Under the pieces are notes generated by a model that had not been told where the DNA came from, did no database searches, and saw only the letters and a program-made list of their open reading frames with translations. Position numbers and translations under genes: made by a program. Source: Candidatus Gottesmanbacteria bacterium RIFOXYB1_FULL_47_11 (lineage in GTDB: Bacteria; Patescibacteriota; Microgenomatia; UBA10105; UBA927). From it: 40,430 bases of DNA. The DNA is taken from contig MFKE01000020.1 in the NCBI GenBank assembly GCA_001779455.1, forward strand, positions 1-40,430. Direction: 5' to 3'. Below, piece after piece: positions 8,007 through 15,552 of this stretch (positions within the stretch are counted from its first letter, which is position 1; the number at the start of each line of letters is the position of its first letter).

Positions 8007-8144
8007 ATCTCAAGAACTATGGAAGAAATTGCTAAAACACTTCAACAAAAAGGTTATCGTTTCACAAAGCAAAGGCAACAAATTTTTGATGCCCTAACCT
8101 CCTCTCCACAAAGCGTTGAGGAGATTATTGCCTCACTTAGAAAT
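7978..8144 (+). repeat. copy B of the duplicated Fur/Zur promoter-operator-5'CDS segment (partner at 3858..4024)
   Basis: See copy A. This copy continues into an intact Fur-family CDS. Confidence 0.9.
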
Positions 8145-8423
8145 AAAGATATAAGCATTGATAGAGTGACGGTTTATCGAACACTCGATTGTTTTGTTAA
8201 TCTCAATCTTGTCGGTAAGACCCAGTTCAAGGACAAAACTGCCAAGTATGAACTCCTAACAATGGCTAATCACCATCACCACTTAGTTTGCGATAAATGT
8301 GGATCGGTGGAAGATATACCCCTAGACGATTCCATTCTTCTCAAGAGAGTTCATAAACAAACAGATTTCCAAGTTAATAGTCATTCATTAGAATTTTTTG
8401 GTATTTGTGCCAATTGCCAATAA
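8019..8423 (+). CDS. zur: Fur-family metalloregulator, probably Zur
   Basis: 134 aa with a winged-helix N-terminus (RFTKQRQQIFDAL...VYRTLD), a HHHH patch, and paired CxxC motifs (CDKCG...CANC). It sits directly upstream of znuABC-like genes and zupT. I prefer the 8019 start over the track start (7908) because of the promoter/operator and the duplicate copy. Confidence 0.75.
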   Translation: MEEIAKTLQQKGYRFTKQRQQIFDALTSSPQSVEEIIASLRNKDISIDRVTVYRTLDCFVNLNLVGKTQFKDKTAKYELLTMANHHHHLVCDKCGSVEDIPLDDSILLKRVHKQTDFQVNSHSLEFFGICANCQ

Positions 8424-8443
8424 TATGAAAGGAAGAACAGCCT

Positions 8444-9385
8444 ATGTCTAAAAAATTACTCTATTTTGCAGCTGTAATCTTGGTGCTTATTGGAGCGGTC
8501 TTTTTTGTTAGTAAAAGACCGTCTCAATATAATCAAACATTAAACAACAATAAACTTCAGGTTATCACCACTCTTTATCCTCTTTATGATTTTGTTAAAA
8601 ATATCGGGCAGGACAAAGTTGAGGTAACCCTTCTTCTTCCTCCTGGGGTTGAGCCACATGCTTTTGAACCCAAACCAAATGATGTCATGGTAATTAATCA
8701 AGCCGATCTTTTTGTCTATACGGGAAAGTTCATGGAAGTTTGGGCTGAAGATATTCTTAAAGGTGTAACCAATAAAAATCTTAAAGCAGTTGATACCAGC
8801 GAAAGTATTAAGTTAATTCTTTCAGAATTTCATGATGAAGACGAACCAGCAGGTTCAAGCGATCCTCATATCTGGCTTGATTTTAACAATGCGCAAGTTA
8901 TGGTTGATAACATCACCCAAGGCTTAGTTGAAAAAGATCCCAGTAATAAAGATTTTTATTTAACCAATGCTGTTTCGTATAAGAAAAGTCTCAAGGATTT
9001 AGACGATAAATATAAGACAACCTTAAACACCTGCAAGATAAAAGAGGTCGTTTACGGTGGACACTATGCTTTCGGCTATCTTGCTAAACGGTATGGTTTA
9101 AACTATGTTGCTGCTCAAGGCATTGCCCCTGATTCAGAACCTACCGCCAATAACATGGTAAGTTTGGTTGAACAAATCAAAGAAAATGGGATTAAGTATG
9201 TTTTTTATGAAGAGCTAACCTCTCCAAAAATATCTCAAACTCTCGCCAAGGAGACAGGAACACAGATGTTACTACTTAATGCCGCTCACAATGTCACTAA
9301 ACAAGACCAAGATAATGGAGTTTCATACCTCTCGATTATGGAGGAAAATCTTGCTAATCTTAAGATAGGTCTTGAGTGCCAGTGA
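8444..9385 (+). CDS. znuA: metal (Zn/Mn) ABC transporter substrate-binding protein, ZnuA/TroA family
   Basis: It has an N-terminal signal/anchor and conserved metal-ligand contexts (EPHAFEP, an acidic/His loop HDEDEPAGSSDPHIWLD). The length is ~313 aa. It lies in an operon with the ATPase and permease. Confidence 0.85.
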   Translation: MSKKLLYFAAVILVLIGAVFFVSKRPSQYNQTLNNNKLQVITTLYPLYDFVKNIGQDKVEVTLLLPPGVEPHAFEPKPNDVMVINQADLFVYTGKFMEVWAEDILKGVTNKNLKAVDTSESIKLILSEFHDEDEPAGSSDPHIWLDFNNAQVMVDNITQGLVEKDPSNKDFYLTNAVSYKKSLKDLDDKYKTTLNTCKIKEVVYGGHYAFGYLAKRYGLNYVAAQGIAPDSEPTANNMVSLVEQIKENGIKYVFYEELTSPKISQTLAKETGTQMLLLNAAHNVTKQDQDNGVSYLSIMEENLANLKIGLECQ

Positions 9386-9391
9386 TATGTT

Positions 9392-10141
9392 ATGGAAAAA
9401 ATTATATCTGTTGAAGATCTATCTTTTCGCTATGGTGGCAATGAAGCAGTTAGCGATGTCTCTTTCTCTGTCGAACAGGGCGATTATATTGCCCTTGTTG
9501 GACACAACGGATCTGGAAAGTCTACGCTCATAAAATTACTTCTGGGTATTTTGAAGCCTTCTACTGGAAGTGTTTTTTTGTTTGGAAAGGATTTACATGA
9601 CTTTACTCATTGGGAAAAAGTTGGCTATCTTCCACAAAATATCGGACTTTTTAATCCTTTATTCCCCGCAACTGTTGCTGAGGTGGTATCACTAGGGTTA
9701 ATCTCACAAAAGAAGTTTCCTAAGAGGTTTACAGTGGAGGATGCAAAGTGTGTCAATCAGGCTCTTTCCCAGATGGATATTACTGCCCTTAGTAATAAGC
9801 TCATTGGTGAGCTTTCTGGTGGGCAGATTCAACGCACACTTTTAGCAAGAGCTATCGTCAATCAGCCAGAACTTCTTATCCTTGATGAACCAGTTAGTGC
9901 TGTCGATGCTGAGACAAGAAAAGATTTTTACTCTTATACTGCCAGCTTAAACAAGGAAAAGAAAACCACAATTATCCTTATCACTCACGATATTGGTCAC
10001 AGTGGCGGATATGCAAATAAACTCCTCTTTTTAGATAAACAAATTATATTTTATGGAAAGTTTGGGGAGTTTTGCATCTCCAAAGAAATGGAGGAACAGT
10101 TTGGCACAGAAATACAGCATATTATGTGCCATCAACATTAA
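9392..10141 (+). CDS. znuC: metal ABC transporter ATP-binding protein
   Basis: Walker A GHNGSGKST, signature LSGGQ, Walker B LLILDEP. Confidence 0.9.
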   Translation: MEKIISVEDLSFRYGGNEAVSDVSFSVEQGDYIALVGHNGSGKSTLIKLLLGILKPSTGSVFLFGKDLHDFTHWEKVGYLPQNIGLFNPLFPATVAEVVSLGLISQKKFPKRFTVEDAKCVNQALSQMDITALSNKLIGELSGGQIQRTLLARAIVNQPELLILDEPVSAVDAETRKDFYSYTASLNKEKKTTIILITHDIGHSGGYANKLLFLDKQIIFYGKFGEFCISKEMEEQFGTEIQHIMCHQH

Positions 10142-10146
10142 AACTT

Positions 10147-10962
10147 ATGGATATTTGGCAAATCTTACAATACGGATTTATTCAAAGAGCTTTTGTCACT
10201 GGAGCATTTGTGGCAATTCTTTGTTCATCCTTGGGTCTTTTCTTAGTCCTTCGGCGTTTATCTCTCATTGGTGACGGACTTTCGCATGTTAGTTTTGGGG
10301 CGATAGCGGTGGGATTGTTTTTGGGATTCTACCCATTATATGCAGCAATTCCACTGGTAGTATTAAGCTCGCTTCTAATCTTGAAGCTGACGCAAAAGGC
10401 AAGAGTCTATGGGGATGCCGCCATCGGAATTGTATCTTCAGTAGCTTTGGCTGGAGGAGTAATTTTAGCTAGCCTCTCAGGAGGTTTTAATGTTGATTTG
10501 TTCAGTTACCTTTTTGGCAACATCTTAGCAATAAGTGAGGCTGAGATGGTTGTTTCTATTGTTTTATCCTTAGTAGTTCTTCTGATTGTTTATCTTTTTT
10601 ACTACGAACTTTTCTCCATTTCTTTTAATGAGGAACTGGCTCAGGTAACTGGGATAAAAACAGAAAAGATTAACACGATGTTAGTAATCCTTACGGCAAT
10701 CACAGTAGTTTTATCAATAAGGGTTGTAGGGATAATGCTGGTGTCGTCTTTTCTCATTCTACCTGCCGTAACCGCCCTGCAAGTCGCTAGGAGTTTCAAA
10801 AAGGCTCTTTTACTATCTTCAGTGAGTTCTGTTGTCTCTTTGATTGCAGGAGTTGTCATTTCCTTTATTTTCAATTTGCCTACTGGTGCAACGGTAGTGA
10901 TGGCTAACTTTGTCTTGTTTGCCCTGGCATTAGGATATGCAAAATATGCTATGGCGAAATAA
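10147..10962 (+). CDS. znuB: metal ABC transporter permease
   Basis: It is polytopic and hydrophobic, with a start (MDIWQILQYGFIQRAF) typical of ZnuB/TroCD-type permeases. I chose the 10147 start (internal Met of the track ORF) to avoid overlap with znuC. Confidence 0.85.
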   Translation: MDIWQILQYGFIQRAFVTGAFVAILCSSLGLFLVLRRLSLIGDGLSHVSFGAIAVGLFLGFYPLYAAIPLVVLSSLLILKLTQKARVYGDAAIGIVSSVALAGGVILASLSGGFNVDLFSYLFGNILAISEAEMVVSIVLSLVVLLIVYLFYYELFSISFNEELAQVTGIKTEKINTMLVILTAITVVLSIRVVGIMLVSSFLILPAVTALQVARSFKKALLLSSVSSVVSLIAGVVISFIFNLPTGATVVMANFVLFALALGYAKYAMAK

Positions 10963-11003
10963 GTCGGATGATTTTAGTAAAATGGAAAGACTAATAAAAT
11001 ATT

Positions 11004-11756
11004 ATGAACAATATCGGATTACCATTACTTCTTTCTTTTTTAGCAGGTATCTGCACAATTCTTGGTTGTTTTATCCTTTTTTTCATTAAGGATTTCAAAA
11101 AAAGCTATTTAAGTTTCTTCCTTGGAATATCTGCTGGTGCGATGATTTATCTTTCGTTTATGGAACTCATGCCAACCTCTGTCAACGCTTTGGGTTTCTG
11201 GATGTCAAATGTGATGTTTTTCCTAGGTATTTTATTCATTGGAATTATTGATTTTATTGCTCCTCATCATTTTATTAATTACTGTTCAAAGAATGGAATC
11301 AAATACGACAAACTTATGCTTTCTGGATTTATGGTAGCGGTGGGTATTGCTATTCACAACTTTCCAGAGGGAATTGCGGTATTCATGAGTTCTTTGGGGA
11401 ATACCAGATTTGGTATTCTGATTGCTTTCGCTACAGCTTTGCACAACATCCCTGAAGGAGTTGCTGTTGCTACACCGATCTATTTTGCCACTAGGAGTAA
11501 ACTCAAGGCTTTTAGTTTTTCGCTTCTTGCTGGTATTGCTGAGCCATTAGGAGCAATTGTTGCGTATGTTATTCTTCGCCCTTATCTTTCCCCCAACTTT
11601 CTATCCTATGTCTTTGCTTTTGTTGCGGGGATTATGGTTTATATCAGTCTTGATGAGCTATTGCCATCATGTTTTGAAAACTCCAGGGGACATACGGCAA
11701 TTGCTGGCATAGTGATTGGAATGCTGATTATGGCATTTAGCTTGAATTTCATGTAG
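11004..11756 (+). CDS. zupT: ZIP-family zinc transporter
   Basis: Duplicated signature HNFPEGIAV / HNIPEGVAV, about 250 aa, 8 predicted TM segments. Confidence 0.9.
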   Translation: MNNIGLPLLLSFLAGICTILGCFILFFIKDFKKSYLSFFLGISAGAMIYLSFMELMPTSVNALGFWMSNVMFFLGILFIGIIDFIAPHHFINYCSKNGIKYDKLMLSGFMVAVGIAIHNFPEGIAVFMSSLGNTRFGILIAFATALHNIPEGVAVATPIYFATRSKLKAFSFSLLAGIAEPLGAIVAYVILRPYLSPNFLSYVFAFVAGIMVYISLDELLPSCFENSRGHTAIAGIVIGMLIMAFSLNFM

Positions 11757-11789
11757 TTTATTATCTGTTTTTATTTCACTCCATTCGGC

Positions 11790-11819
11790 TTGACAACTCT
11801 GAAACCTCGGTGATATACT
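11790..11819 (+). promoter_or_regulatory. candidate sigma70-type promoter for the DUF5320 operon
   Basis: TTGACA (11790-11795), an 18-nt spacer, then TATACT (11814-11819), about 55 nt upstream of the ATG at 11873, which has an aaaggggg SD. Confidence 0.4.
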
Positions 11820-11872
11820 GAATAGGTATTCATTATAATTTAGATCTATAAGATGAAAGGGGGTGAATAATA

Positions 11873-12136
11873 ATGCCAGGATTTGATAAAACAGGACCAC
11901 AAGGACAAGGACCAATGACTGGAAAAGGTATGGGACCGTGCGGAAAAGGTCACGGAATGAGAATGGGATTCGGTAGATGCCGTGGATACGGTAGAGGGTT
12001 GGGCAGATATTTTGGTTGGAATGCTCCTCAAACAAAGGAAGAGAAAATTGAGGACATCCAAGCGTATAAAAAATCTCTGCAAGAAGAGATGGAAGATGTG
12101 GAAAAGGAACTTGTTGACTTGCAAAAGTCCGAGTAA
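11873..12136 (+). CDS. DUF5320 family protein
   Basis: It has the Gly-rich N-terminus MPGFDKTGPQGQGPMTGKGMGPCG characteristic of DUF5320 and a C-terminal coiled-coil-like EE/K-rich tail. Confidence 0.7.
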   Translation: MPGFDKTGPQGQGPMTGKGMGPCGKGHGMRMGFGRCRGYGRGLGRYFGWNAPQTKEEKIEDIQAYKKSLQEEMEDVEKELVDLQKSE

Positions 12137-12139
12137 AGA

Positions 12140-12187
12140 AAATCCCTACCTTGTCGAGATTTGCATTCAATGACGAGGTAGGGATTT
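12140..12187 (+). other. long hairpin between DUF5320 and DUF134 genes
   Basis: AAATCCCTACCTTGTC ... GACGAGGTAGGGATTT forms a 16-bp stem (one G-U) with a ~16-nt loop. There is no downstream T-tract, so it is not a classical terminator. Confidence 0.4.
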
Positions 12188-12207
12188 AGTAGCATTATAC
12201 TAAAACT

Positions 12208-12486
12208 ATGCCAAGACATAAAATACCCCGCTGTGTGCGGTTTAATCCAGATGTTATTTATTTTAAGCCTCAAGGCATCCCCTTACGGATGCTTGAAGAG
12301 GTTTTGTTAAAGGCTGATGAGCTTGAAGCGCTAAAATTGTATGATGTGGATGGTTTGGAACAAACCAAGGCGGCTGAAAAAATGAAGATTTCTCAGCCCA
12401 CTTTTGCTAGAATTTTAGATAGCGCCAACAAAAAAATTGCCGAGGCTCTAGTCAAGGGTAAAGCAATTCGTATTGAACAAAAATAA
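12208..12486 (+). CDS. DUF134 (UPF0251) predicted DNA-binding protein
   Basis: MPRHKIPRCVRFNPDVIYFKPQGIPL...ELEALKLYDVDGLEQTKAAEKMKISQPTFARILDSANKKIAEALVKGKAIRIE matches the conserved DUF134 layout with a sigma-70 region-4-like HTH. Confidence 0.8.
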   Translation: MPRHKIPRCVRFNPDVIYFKPQGIPLRMLEEVLLKADELEALKLYDVDGLEQTKAAEKMKISQPTFARILDSANKKIAEALVKGKAIRIEQK

Positions 12487-12488
12487 AT

Positions 12489-13664
12489 ATGACAATGAAA
12501 AAATATCTTATCGCTATTTTATTCTTCTGTTTTTCAGTTCTTTTTACTTCTGTTTCTAGTCCCGTAATTTATGCCCAGGGTGAAATGATGCAGGATGAGG
12601 TTGGATTTGACCAACAGCTACCGCCAGCAGAACAGGAACATAAGGAAGAAACCCTTGAAGGGCAAGTTAGTCAAATCTTAGAGGAGAAACAGATTACTCC
12701 TATGGGAGTAAAAGAGCCTCAGTTGTATCAAAAACTGGAGATCCTGGTTACAAAAGGATCATTGAAAGACAAAAAGATTACTATCGAGAATGGCAATTTG
12801 CCCATGAGCAATTTACAAAAATATAAAGTCGATGACGAGTTGGTAATAAGCTTCAGTAAGGATTTTGAAGGTAATGATATGTTTTATATTACCGACTATG
12901 TTAGGCGAGGTGCGCTGGCTTGGTTGTTTGTAATTTTTGTGGTGATGGCTGTAGCGATTGGTCGTTGGCAAGGGATGGCTTCTTTAATTGGTATGGGAAT
13001 TTCTTTTCTGGTCATTTTTAAGTTTATCCTTCCTAAAATCTATGCTGGAGGTGATCCAGTCCAGATTGCCATACTAGGATCATTGGTGATCATCCCCGCA
13101 ACTTTTCTTTTATCTCATGGTGTAAACAAGAAAACTGGAATAGCTGTTGTGGGAACACTTATTTCTCTTGTTGTTACTGGTATTTTAGCCCATATTTTTG
13201 TCGATGCTTCTAAACTAACAGGTTTTGCTTCAGAAGAGGCGGGCTTTCTACAGGCATTCAAACCTGGGCTTATTAACATTAAGGGCTTGCTCTTAGCAGG
13301 CATTATCATTGGAGTTTTGGGTGTTTTGGATGATATAACCATTTCTCAATCGGCAATAGTCCAACAGCTAAAAGCTGCCAACCCAAAGCTAAAAGCAGGA
13401 GAACTTTATAAAAAAGCAATGGCTGTAGGAAAAGATCACATTGCTTCAATGGTAAATACTTTGGTCTTGGTCTATACGGGTGCTGCTTTACCCTTACTCC
13501 TCATTTTTATTGATAATCCTCATCCCTTTTCAGAGATTGTTAACTATGAAATCATCGCCGATGAAATAGTGAGAACATTAGTCGGTAGTATTGGGCTGAT
13601 ACTAGCCGTGCCGATTACAACTTTTATTGCTTCGTTTATGGCAGAAGGAGGTGAAAACAAATGA
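12489..13664 (+). CDS. YibE/F-like integral membrane protein
   Basis: It has a signal peptide, a soluble N-terminal domain and then ~6 TM helices. The segment VLDDITISQSAIV...GKDHIASMVNTLVLVYTGAALP resembles YibE/F family motifs as I recall them. Confidence 0.5.
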   Translation: MTMKKYLIAILFFCFSVLFTSVSSPVIYAQGEMMQDEVGFDQQLPPAEQEHKEETLEGQVSQILEEKQITPMGVKEPQLYQKLEILVTKGSLKDKKITIENGNLPMSNLQKYKVDDELVISFSKDFEGNDMFYITDYVRRGALAWLFVIFVVMAVAIGRWQGMASLIGMGISFLVIFKFILPKIYAGGDPVQIAILGSLVIIPATFLLSHGVNKKTGIAVVGTLISLVVTGILAHIFVDASKLTGFASEEAGFLQAFKPGLINIKGLLLAGIIIGVLGVLDDITISQSAIVQQLKAANPKLKAGELYKKAMAVGKDHIASMVNTLVLVYTGAALPLLLIFIDNPHPFSEIVNYEIIADEIVRTLVGSIGLILAVPITTFIASFMAEGGENK

Positions 13665-13918
13665 CTTATAATTTAGGTAGTGATGCCGAAAAACAGGATG
13701 AAAAAGCCAAAAATCTGGCTCGTGCCAGACAGTCGCTTATTGAAGAGTTGGATGCAATTAATGTTTATGAAGAACGGGTTCAAGCTAGCAATGACGAGGA
13801 GTTGAAGAAAGTGTTAGCTCACAATCGTGACGAAGAAAAAGAACACGCAGCCATGCTTGTTGACTGGCTTAGAAAAAATGACCCCACTTTTGACAAAATG
13901 TTTTCTGAACATGATTAA
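13661..13918 (+). CDS. EncFtn-type (encapsulated-ferritin-like) half-ferritin protein, no visible targeting peptide
   Basis: IEELDAINVYEERVQASNDEELKKVLAHNRDEEKEHAAMLVDWLRKNDP closely parallels the metal-binding helices of characterised EncFtn proteins (AHNRDEEKEHAAM motif, from memory). The protein ends 9 residues later. Its start overlaps the upstream stop (ATGA). Confidence 0.7.
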   Translation: MTYNLGSDAEKQDEKAKNLARARQSLIEELDAINVYEERVQASNDEELKKVLAHNRDEEKEHAAMLVDWLRKNDPTFDKMFSEHD

Positions 13919-13938
13919 AAATTGGGAGATATAAATCT

Positions 13939-14211
13939 ATGAAAGTGCTTAAATTTGGCGCAGTTTGGTGCAATGGTTGCCTTGTGATGCGCCCTCGTTG
14001 GCAGGAGATAGAAAAAGAAACTCCTTGGTTAAAGACTGAGTATTTTGATTTTGATAAAGACAAAGAAATTATTGCTAAATATGGAATAGATAGTGGAGTT
14101 CTGCCTGTTTTCGTATTTCTTGATAAATCAGAAAAGGAGATTCTTCGCTTAAGCGGTGAGGTGGAAAAAGATGAGCTTCTTAAAGTTATTGCCGAGAATA
14201 AGGATAAATAG
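13939..14211 (+). CDS. thioredoxin-like protein
   Basis: 90 aa with an N-terminal WCNGC active-site motif in a beta-alpha context (KVLKFGAVWCNGCLVMRP). Confidence 0.7.
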   Translation: MKVLKFGAVWCNGCLVMRPRWQEIEKETPWLKTEYFDFDKDKEIIAKYGIDSGVLPVFVFLDKSEKEILRLSGEVEKDELLKVIAENKDK

Positions 14212-14216
14212 AAATT

Positions 14217-15407
14217 ATGATAAACAAAGTTATTAAGTCCCTGCTGGTTATAGGGATGTTTTTGCTTCTCGTTAAACCCGCTTTTGCCGTCAGTGATCCT
14301 ACACTCCATTTCTTTTGGGCTTCGGGGTGTCCTCACTGCGCCAAGGAAAAAGTGTTTCTCAACACATTGAGGGAAAAATATCCTCAATTAACCATTAAGG
14401 ACTATGAAATAACTTATGACCGTAAGAACTTGGAACTGCTACAAAAGGTGGGAGCAGAACTGCGAGTTGATGTGTCTGGTGTTCCCTTCGCAGTAATTGG
14501 TAAAAAACAATTTATCGGCTATCTCAATGATGAAACGACTGGTAAGGAAATTGAGGAAGCTGTTAAGTGTGCTGTGGAGAATGGCTGTGAAGATCTAATC
14601 GCTGGTTTATCTTCAGAAGAGAACACCCAGCAACCAAAAGAGCAAGCTCAGGGCGTTCCTGATACCCTGAAAGTGCCCTTCTTTGGTGAACTACAGGTAA
14701 AGAACCTTTCGTTACCAATCCTAACTTTTGTGGTAGCTCTTTTGGATGGATTTAATCCTTGCGCCATGTGGACGCTTCTTTTCCTGATCAGTCTGCTTCT
14801 AGGCATGAAGGATAGGAAGCGAATGTGGCTTTTAGGTATCGCTTTTATTGCTTCAAGTGCCTTAGTCTATTTTCTCTTTCTCTCTGCTTGGCTCAATCTA
14901 TTTCTTTTCTTGGGTCTTGTGGTGTGGATAAGGATTCTCATCGGTTTGGTTGCTCTTGGTGCTGGCGGGTATAACTTACGAGACTATTGGGTTAATAAAA
15001 GGGGTGGCTGTAATGTTATGGGGGATGAGAAACGCCAGAGGATATTTGAAAAGATACGGAGCATTACGCAAAAGCGCCAGTTTATTTTAGCTCTTGGTGG
15101 TATTGTTCTTCTGGCGGTTGCCGTTAATATGGTTGAGTTGGTTTGTTCGGCAGGGCTGCCCGCCATTTATACTAAAATCCTCAGCTTATCCAACCTGCCA
15201 ACCTGGCAATATTATCTTTATCTTTTATTTTACATCTTCATTTTTATGCTTGATGACCTATTTATCTTCTTTACTGCCATGATTACTCTACAAGCGGTAG
15301 GGATTCAAAGTAAATACTCTCGTTTTTCTCACTTGGTTGGGGGTATTTTAATGTTTATAATTGGTTTATTGCTTCTATTTAAGCCTGAGTGGCTGATGTT
15401 TGGTTAG
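14217..15407 (+). CDS. fusion of extracytoplasmic thioredoxin-fold domain (CPHC) with a CcdA/DsbD-like membrane domain
   Basis: It has a signal peptide and a Trx-fold with the DsbA-type active site ASGCPHCAKEK. A polytopic domain follows, with two membrane-embedded Cys motifs (DGFNPCAMW and ELVCSAGLP) reminiscent of CcdA/DsbD electron conduits. Confidence 0.55.
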   Translation: MINKVIKSLLVIGMFLLLVKPAFAVSDPTLHFFWASGCPHCAKEKVFLNTLREKYPQLTIKDYEITYDRKNLELLQKVGAELRVDVSGVPFAVIGKKQFIGYLNDETTGKEIEEAVKCAVENGCEDLIAGLSSEENTQQPKEQAQGVPDTLKVPFFGELQVKNLSLPILTFVVALLDGFNPCAMWTLLFLISLLLGMKDRKRMWLLGIAFIASSALVYFLFLSAWLNLFLFLGLVVWIRILIGLVALGAGGYNLRDYWVNKRGGCNVMGDEKRQRIFEKIRSITQKRQFILALGGIVLLAVAVNMVELVCSAGLPAIYTKILSLSNLPTWQYYLYLLFYIFIFMLDDLFIFFTAMITLQAVGIQSKYSRFSHLVGGILMFIIGLLLLFKPEWLMFG

Positions 15408-15552
15408 TAAATAGTGTTAAGAAACTCTGCGCTTCTTTATAAAAAGATTATTATTTGGAGCAAGGACGAGTATTTGAAGATTATATCTTGCAATAAATCC
15501 TTATAGTATTCCTCTACTAGACTTCCACCACCCTTGCGGTACCTTGTGCTTG

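Noticed and set aside
7908-8018. 5' extension of the Fur-family ORF (MADVTRLLMDS...)
   Set aside because: It overlaps the Cys-rich ORF and runs through the -35/operator/-10 region. The duplicated copy at 3899 supports MEEIAK... as the real N-terminus.
11667-12273. Minus-strand ORFs (167, 92 and 81 aa) across the DUF5320 region
   Set aside because: They are antisense to well-supported zupT and DUF5320 genes and to the promoter region. Their sequences are low-complexity.
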